This document shows positions 54,525 to 64,000 of a stretch of DNA of 64,000 bases, in pieces (position 1 is the stretch's first letter; each line of letters opens with the position of its first letter). The stretch is from NCBI GenBank assembly GCA_026023565.1, contig JAPETS010000011.1, forward strand, positions 248,001 to 312,000. Reading direction: 5' to 3'. The notes below the pieces were generated by a model. The model was not told the DNA's origin. It made no database searches and saw only the letters and a list, made by a program, of their open reading frames with translations. The translations under genes were made by a program, and so were the position numbers. The stretch comes from Cirrosporium novae-zelandiae. Lineage: Eukaryota.

Positions 54525-57500
54525 TCAGTCGTCAGCTTCATCATCATTGCCCTCCTCCTCACTTGAACCCTCCTCATCATCTTCGTCTTCATCTTCGGCA
54601 TCTGAAACGTCTTCACCCAATGCTTTTAATCGTTTCTTATAGCCCCCTTTCTTCTCCTCCAGATCAGCCAAAACAATCATCAGATCTTCAAGTTCTGTTT
54701 GAGCGGCCTTCCTCAATTCTTTCTCTGCAGCTACGTCTCCCTCCATCTTAGTACATCGCGATTCGGCGTCGTTCGCCTTCCGCTCAAATATGTGCATGCT
54801 CTCCTCTGCGCCTTCTGTCCGCTGTTCAGCTAACCTTAACTGTTCTTGCACGGCTACGACTTTCGCTGCAGATTCCTCATCCGCAGTCTGCAGATCTTGT
54901 AGGTGCTCTCTCTTGAGTTTCGAGAGATCCGCTTCAAGTTGCTTATTTGCATTCCTCAGATATACCATTTCAGATTCACTTCTCTCGTAAGCGCGTTGGG
55001 CTCTATCATCGGCCTCCTTAGTAAGCTTTTGCAATTTATCACTAGATTCCCTGGTAAGCCTCTGGATTTCATTATCGGCATCCTTCCTGAGCTTGAGCAT
55101 CTGGTTTTGTAGCTCCTGGATTTGCTGTTGGTGGCCTTTGACCAAATTATCCCTTTCCAATCGTGTTCTTTGCTCAAATTTGCGTAATTCATCTTCATGA
55201 TTCTTCTGTAGCACTTGATTGATCTGCCTGATTTTTCCCATCTCGGAAATTGACTGTTGTTCAACTTTCCTGCGGTCGGCTTGTTCCTGGCTCAGCTGAG
55301 TTTCAAGCTGGAGTATGTTTGCCTGCGCTAATTCAAGTGCCTGTTCTCCTGCTACAACTTTTGCCTTGAGTTCGTCCACAAGTTCTCTTGAAATGCCTTT
55401 TTGGACGCCGTTTGCAAGAACAGGGATCTCCATTCCAGGATCCCTATCGATCGCCCTGAGCAAACGGCTAAAATTGTCTTTCAAAAAATCGATGAACGTC
55501 TTATCGAAGTAGACATCTGGCAATGCGTGTTCACTATTCATACCTTGTGGTATGACCTCGAAGTCTCGAACAAGTGGGTGCTCCCTCAATCTAGTAATCT
55601 TATCGATGTATTGCTCTCGACCCAACCTCGTCAAAAGAAGTTTGTGTAAAGTTGATCTTGGCAGGGGTGAGTCCTTAGTCGAGAATTCATATGCAACTCC
55701 TAGGAGCACGGCACAAAGCCCCGGAACAAGGGGTGTAGTAGGATTCAATTGATTCGTGGCTTGAATTAGGCTTTCGACGATGCTGCCCTCCATCAAAAAA
55801 TCGTTTACGACATCTGGCTCTTCAAACATCCAGATAGTAAGAAGCATGATATATCCAACAGATATTCGTTCATCCGCACCGTGCTGCATTCCAGTAATAA
55901 GACTACTAGCGATTGCTTGCAAGCACGTGACGACTTCTTCCCCAGAATCAGCATCACCCTCTGATAAGGCCTTCGCCATCTCTTTCATATTTACATCATC
56001 AAAAATTAGATGAAGAAATAGGACCGCAGCCATCCAAGATTGATAGGGATCAGCAAGGTTTCCTATACCTGAACCATTCATCAAAATGGACAAAAAATTA
56101 GGTAAGTGATCATTCTCGCGTGAAAGGCCATCTATTGCTCGTTGCAAAAAGTGCGTTCGGATTTCGGGGTCATAATATAAATAAGCTTTCATACATTCCA
56201 ATGCTGAGAGACGTAAATCAAGCATATTATGCGGTGCAGGGTTTAGGACCAATTGAAGCAGGAGGGAGATCACATTGTTATCGCTATTCTCGGCCCCATT
56301 TATAGAAGGATCGTGAGCTGAGCTAGATGCTGTCGGGACAAAAAGACCGGCAAACTGTCTTTGGAGGGGAGTATTTCCACGGGTTAGATCAGCGCACGTC
56401 ATGAGAGCCTAAATCAACTGTTATCATTTCGTTAGAACTTCTATCACAAGATTTGAACTCACGTACTTCCGATCTAATGGTAATATTTGAGGAGGTGCTA
56501 AAACCTAAGTGCAGTGTCTGATCGAGGACGCCACTCCTCCAGAATGACACTTGATTTGCCTGAGTAGTTCTTCCCCCTTTCACGAGGAATAACCTTATGA
56601 TAGCAAGTAAGCCCCACAAATTCTTATCACGCTGGGGTTTGGCCCAATCTTGAACACCATCAGGAGAGGCTTCTTGACGTGCTGCGTCTTCTAAGAGTTT
56701 TGCCAGTTTCGATACACAGCCCGTCTCTCGAAAATGTAGTTGGTTTGAAGGATTGAGAGCCAACAAGTTAGCCAACAGAGATAGGCAATCCTCAACTATC
56801 ATACCTCCATGGGTTAGTGAACCTTCTGTATCTATCATACTGAATATACGATCGAAGGCATTTTCGAAGGCCACAAGCTTCTGAAGCTCTGGTGACGAGG
56901 GAGTTATTGCAGTTAACAAAAAAAGGCCCTCTAATTATCAAAAAGTCAGTAGTGCTAGCTCAATAGAAGCGTTGAAGAATACCATTTCGAATTGCCTCCC
57001 TACTATCATCTAGTACAGCCACAAGCCTAGAAATTCCCAATGGTGCTGTAAATATGCATTCCTGTGTCCTTTGAGGCCTAGCTTTTGATATAGCAGATAT
57101 CAATTGTAACGAATAAAGGCGGGAATAGAAATCTCGGGCATCGAGAAGATCGAGAAGGACGGTGATGTTGTCTTGACGCTATTCAGCTAGTTCAGTATAA
57201 AGGTGGGCCGAGTGACAGAAAGATCCTCCAACCTGTGTAAATTCATCGGCAAGCCATAACTGGACTTCGTCTGAAGCTTCTGGACTATTTTCATCGGGGT
57301 TGAATAGCATCAACAGTGTTTCCAAGACTACCTTCAGGGTATCAACATCCTCCGCATCTTTCTGAAGACTACTTATAAGACTTCGAAGGGCTCCGGATGC
57401 GACAGAAGCAGGGTATTGACTAGCAAAACTTCTAAGGCCGAGGATGGCTGCTCGACGATCTTCTAGAAGTGTAGCATTCTGAATGCGACTACTCAACACG

Positions 57501-57559
57501 TTGATGGTATCAGTTGCCGTCTGCTTGGCTGGCGCTTGAGACTCTAGAATTCGCAACAT
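54525..57559 (-). CDS. USO1: ER-Golgi vesicle tether p115/Uso1
   Basis: ATLLEDRRAAILGLRSF, LWLADEFTQ, LQKLVAFENAFDRIF, a C-terminal coiled coil and ELEDLMIVLADLEEK with an acidic tail. Introns 57179-57232, 56931-56982, 56409-56466. Confidence 0.93.
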
Positions 57560-58176
57560 AATTAATCATTATTCGATGGTCATTCCATTCTGTAGGAACT
57601 TTTGAAGAATCCGTAAGCTTGATTGAGTGTGTCAGTGTGTTTAGGAAGGAATGCTAAGCTGGGAATTCATCAGCTTGTGCTTAGGACTGTATAATAAACC
57701 GGGGTTCATGCTCTGCCAAGTCTAATGATTTCATGGCCTAAGGCAGCAACTACTTTACTCCCAAGTGAGCTTTCACGCTTCTAACAGAGCCTCGGAACTG
57801 AAACCCAAAACTCCGTTATGAATAAAGCAACCCTCTCCTTCTCACATTCTTCTTCGTTCTTCAGACGGCTTTTGTTATCCATACCGCCTCAACTAAAGCT
57901 GTCCTGGTATCCTGATATCTGAAATTGCAACGTAATGGGAGGATCTTTCTGTTAAGAATTCCCGTTATAAAATTTCTTTCAAAATCTAGGCTTTTCACAG
58001 ACCAATAGCTTCACGATAGCTATTCTCACGCTCAGTTGAAACCTTGTTGGAGAATTTCAACAAACCTTTCATCAAATATTTATAGCGCAACGCGCTGTTT
58101 ACTCTGAAAGTGCCTTCTCACAGTCGTTTTAACCTCCTTCTATATCCCTGTGGGTCGCAGTCCTTGGAACAACACG

Positions 58177-58276
58177 AGAGCTTGATAAAAAAAGAATCCA
58201 TCTATATCCTAAGTCTACTTCTGACTACGACGACAAGAGCTTAATTAAAAAAAATCTCATCTATATCTTTCTGACT
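58177..58276. repeat. Degenerate 59-nt-period direct duplication upstream of RAT1
   Basis: agagcttgataaaaaaagaatccatctatatcct (58177-58210) versus agagcttaattaaaaaaaatctcatctatatctt (58236-58269); ttctgact follows each copy. Confidence 0.7.
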
Positions 58277-58330
58277 TTACTCCTACTTGAAGCAACAACA
58301 ACAAAAGATTGATTAATACTACTCTTCACG

Positions 58331-61300
58331 ATGGGTGTTCCGGCTTTGTTCCGCTGGCTTTCGCAAAAATATCCGAAGATTGTATCATCTGTCATTGAAG
58401 ACCAACCTTATGAGATCAATGGGACAACTGTACCAGTCGATACAACTAAACCGAATCCAAATGGCGAGCAGGATAATCTCTACTTGGATATGAATGGCAT
58501 TGTCCATCCATGTTCCCATCCAGAAGATAGACCACCTCCAGCAAATGAAGAAGAGATGATGTTGGAGGTGTTTAAATATACTGACAGGGTAGTGAACATG
58601 GTACGCCCGAGAAAATTGTTGATGATTGCTGTTGGTATGTCACTGGCCTGAGAAGCGAATATTTCGCGTGTTTGGTGTTCAGCTCCTTGGGACGGCTGCT
58701 GCTTCTGCTGGAACCAATCCGTCACCAAGGGGAGTTGGCGTATTCCTGTTAGTAATTTACAAATGCTAACACGACTAATATAGATGGAGTCGCACCTCGA
58801 GCAAAAATGAATCAACAGAGATCGCGACGTTTCCGTTCAGCGCAAGAAGCAAAAGAAAAGGATGAAGACAAGGAAGAATTTTTGAAGATGCTCCAGGCTC
58901 AGAATGGTGGCCCACTAAGTGAAGATACCTTAGAAGCTATGAACAAAAAGACATGGGATAGTAATTCGATCACACCGGGCACTCCCTTCATGAGCATACT
59001 TGCGACCTGCCTTCGATATTGGACTGCGTACAAAATCAACACTGACCCCGCATGGGAGAAGGTAACTTTGTTCTTCCAGGTCTTGTGATCTTCCCGCTGA
59101 CCAGTCCAGTTAAAAGTCATAATTTCGGATGCGACAGTCCCCGGAGAAGGAGAACATAAAATAATGGAATTCATCCGATCTCAACGATCATCGCCAGAGC
59201 ATGATCCCAATACTAAACACGTTATATATGGATTGGTATGTGACCTTAGTCACTCTATTAAAGGTATTGCTAACAAACTCCTACAGGATGCAGATCTTAT
59301 TATGCTTGGTCTTGCGACTCATGAGCCGTATTTTCGTGTTCTGAGAGAGGATGTCTTTTTTCAAGATTCAAAAGCACGTACATGTAGGATTTGTGGGCAG
59401 AAAGGACATAAAGCTGAAGAGTGCCACGGAAAAGCAAAAGAAAAAAGCGGTGAATTTGATGAGAAAGACAAAGTATCACCTCTCAAACCATTTATCTGGC
59501 TTCACGTGTCTGTCTTACGAGAATATCTTGAAGCAGAACTTCTTGTTCCTGGGCAGCTATTTCCATTTGATTTGGAGCGTGCTCTTGATGATTGGGTGTT
59601 CATGTGTTTCTTTGTTGGAAATGATTTTCTTCCTCATCTTCCTAGTTTGGATATTCGTGAAAATGGTATCGACACACTAATAGCCATCTGGCGAGACAAT
59701 ATACCTACCATGGGTGGCTACCTTACTAAAGATGGTCATGTGGACCTTACCCGAGCTCAACTTATTCTGCAGGGCTTAGCAAAACAAGAAGACACAATCT
59801 TCAAGCGACGGCAACAAACTGAACAGAGAAGAGAAGAAAGCCAGAAGCGTCGAAAGATGAATGAGCAGAACGCTCATGGCGGCCAGGGCAGAAATAGTGG
59901 CAGGAATAGTGGCGGATATCAAGGACCTAAATCACAAAGAAGCCGTGATCAATTGGCTAATCAGTCTCCTGCTCTTCCTCTTTATGCTCCTGGAAAAGGG
60001 GAACTTTCAAAAGAAGCTATAGCAATGACCCATGATATGGCCGTAAACCGCGGTGCATTATACAAAGCTAGCATATCTGCAAATGAGGCTAACAAGAGTG
60101 CCGCTGCTGTTCTCAAGAACCGGCTATTGAAGGGTAGTGAAGAATCCAACCCCGAAACCGCAGAAAATAACGCCACGGAAACTACAAGCAAACAGGATGA
60201 AGTGGACCAATCATCTCCATCAATTCTTGGAAAGCGCAAGGCTGAACTGATAGAAGACGATGCAGACAATGGAACCCCAGGTCGGGGCTCTCCAGCCGGA
60301 GCTAGTACCCCGACACCCAAAAATGATGAACCTGCTCCAGATAACGTTCGGTTGTGGGAGGCAGGTTACGGTGATCGATATTATGAACAAAAGTTCCATG
60401 TCGATCCCAAAGATTTGGAGTTTCGTCATAAAGTTGCAAGGGCTTATGCTGAAGGACTAGCGTGGGTTTTGTTATACTATTTTCAGGGTTGCCCTTCATG
60501 GACCTGGTACTATCCATACCACTATGCGCCTTTTGCCGCAGATTTTGTGGACATCGATCAAATGGATATAAAATTTGATAAAGGAAAACCTTTCAAGCCT
60601 TACGAGCAGTTGATGGGTGTCTTACCGGCAGCATCAGGTCATGCTATACCACAAGTCTTCCGCAGCTTGATGACAGACGAAGACAGCGAAATCATCGATT
60701 TCTACCCTGAAACTTTCCCACTCGATTTGAATGGCAAGAAATTTGCATGGCAAGGTGTAGCTTTACTTCCATTTATCGATGAGAAGCGATTACTTAGTGC
60801 CATGGCTAAGAAATATCCTTTACTCACTGCTGAGGAGGTTGCCAGGAATGAGCTGGGCAAGGACGTACTAATACTATCAGATCACCATCCTCTCTACGAC
60901 GATATAGCCACCAATTTCTATTCAAAACGCCAAGGCCCACCAAAATATTCCATCAATCCGCGAAAAAGTGAAGGCTTAAGTGGATACGTGGAAAAAAATG
61001 AGGATTATATACCTCAGAGTTCACTCCACTTTCCATTGAATACTAAAAGTATGCCGGATCTCGAGGAGGATCATTCCATTAGGTATGCTTTACTTTCACC
61101 CAATCTTCATCGCCGTTATTAATTTCTATTTCTAGTGTGCATTATGAGATGCCAAGCTCACTCCACATCCACAAGTCCATGATCCTCCGTGGAGTCAAAT
61201 TTCCACCTCCAATGCTAGATCGGTCAGATATCGAGGCCACCAAGTCTCGTGCCAGCCGCTCAGGCCGCGCATATGGTGGTGTGCCTTTAAGGAACAACTA

Positions 61301-61721
61301 TAACGGCGGTCGCGGTAATGGCTCGATCAATTATGTAGCAAATAACCGTTCAAACCCTTTTGCAGGACACCTTGATCCAAGCTTCGCGCCTCAATACCCT
61401 TATGGGAATGGTGGGAATGGCTACAGAGGCCCTCCACCTTCCCAGCAAGGTGGATGGGGAGCATCTCAAAGATCCAATCAATACTCACAACCACCTCCAC
61501 CGGGGAATGAGTTTTCGTATGGCTATCCTCAGCAACCTCAGCAAGGTTATCTGGGTCCTAATGGTGGATCCAATTATCAGGGTTCGTACTATTCTCCTCG
61601 ACGCAATGACTCATCCAATCAGGGTGGCAACAACCATGGAAATAATTACCGGGGCGGGAGCGGCAGCGGCAGAGGCTCGGGATCTTATAACGGTTACTAC
61701 GATAGGAACCGTAGATACTAA
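58331..61721 (+). CDS. RAT1: Nuclear 5'-3' exoribonuclease Xrn2/Rat1/Dhp1
   Basis: [63 protein letters not shown] and a CCHC knuckle [14 protein letters not shown] (typical of Xrn2). Introns 58635-58783, 59062-59109, 59236-59286, 61083-61135. Confidence 0.96.
58680..58737 (+). other. Intronic RNA hairpin in RAT1 intron 1
   Basis: CAGCTCC-TTGG-GACGG (58680-58695) pairs with CCGTC-a-CCAA-gg-GGAGTTG (58719-58737): 16 bp with two bulges. Confidence 0.6.
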
Positions 61722-62045
61722 GCCGTTTGAGCGTTGAACGGTTGAACCTTCACAATAGTCTCTTGTACATTACAGGCTAATCCGGTGGAGTGAATCTGCA
61801 TACAGAAACATGTACAACAGAATGCCAGGGGATTAGAAGGGAGTGCGGTCTAGTACGACTTGACTTGGACTTGGACCAATTGCATTATGCACGTGTTATC
61901 AGGCCCCCCAAAAGTTCATCTTTTCAGCGAGATAGGTGTAATAAATTGCATGTTTAGTCCCCTGTTGTACAGAAGTGAGACTTTGATCACCGAGATATCT
62001 TATGTAATCGTAAAGGTATTCCATATGTAGCAAAAAGTCGTTCCA

Positions 62046-62052
62046 TGAGTCA
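62046..62052. promoter_or_regulatory. Gcn4/CpcA response element upstream of ARO1
   Basis: ATGAGTCAC about 160 nt upstream of ATG 62214, with a GAGTCAT near-site around 62107. Confidence 0.65.
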
Positions 62053-62195
62053 CAGACAAGACCGAAGTTCGGTGGTATGATTTAACTTCAGCCCTACAAC
62101 TCTCGGAGTCATAATTTTTGAATCGTCGCCCATTTGTTAAGTGACTACCCTCACTCTAGTTTCTAGGAACGCTCAACTAATTCCTAAATATTTAA

Positions 62196-64000
<1,805 letters not shown>

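Overview
Gene-dense stretch of a filamentous ascomycete (Pezizomycotina) nuclear chromosome. It holds 18 mostly housekeeping protein-coding genes with short GT-AG introns (mostly 45-85 nt), traced by hand. In order: BIR1, TAM41, HIS5, a large J-domain protein, NMA111, PRP3, RPA190, RAD3/XPD, RKR1/LTN1, APS2, an OPT-family transporter, RAV1, SFI1, a tiny three-exon twin-CX9C gene missing from the ORF track, ILS1, USO1, RAT1/XRN2 and the 5' part of ARO1. I recognised no transposon, tRNA, rRNA or CRISPR array. I cannot claim a clearly new system. The best leads are: (i) a GC-rich hairpin in an unusually long first intron of RAT1, a possible autoregulatory element; (ii) close linkage of the IAP BIR1 with its antagonist protease NMA111, which also has an in-frame presequence-like extension; (iii) a nested-helix, apparently non-coding segment at 18181-18600; (iv) two stop-free in-frame intron candidates in the J-domain gene; (v) Gcn4/CpcA sites upstream of HIS5, ILS1 and ARO1. 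Gene names come from recalled family motifs, not from database searches.
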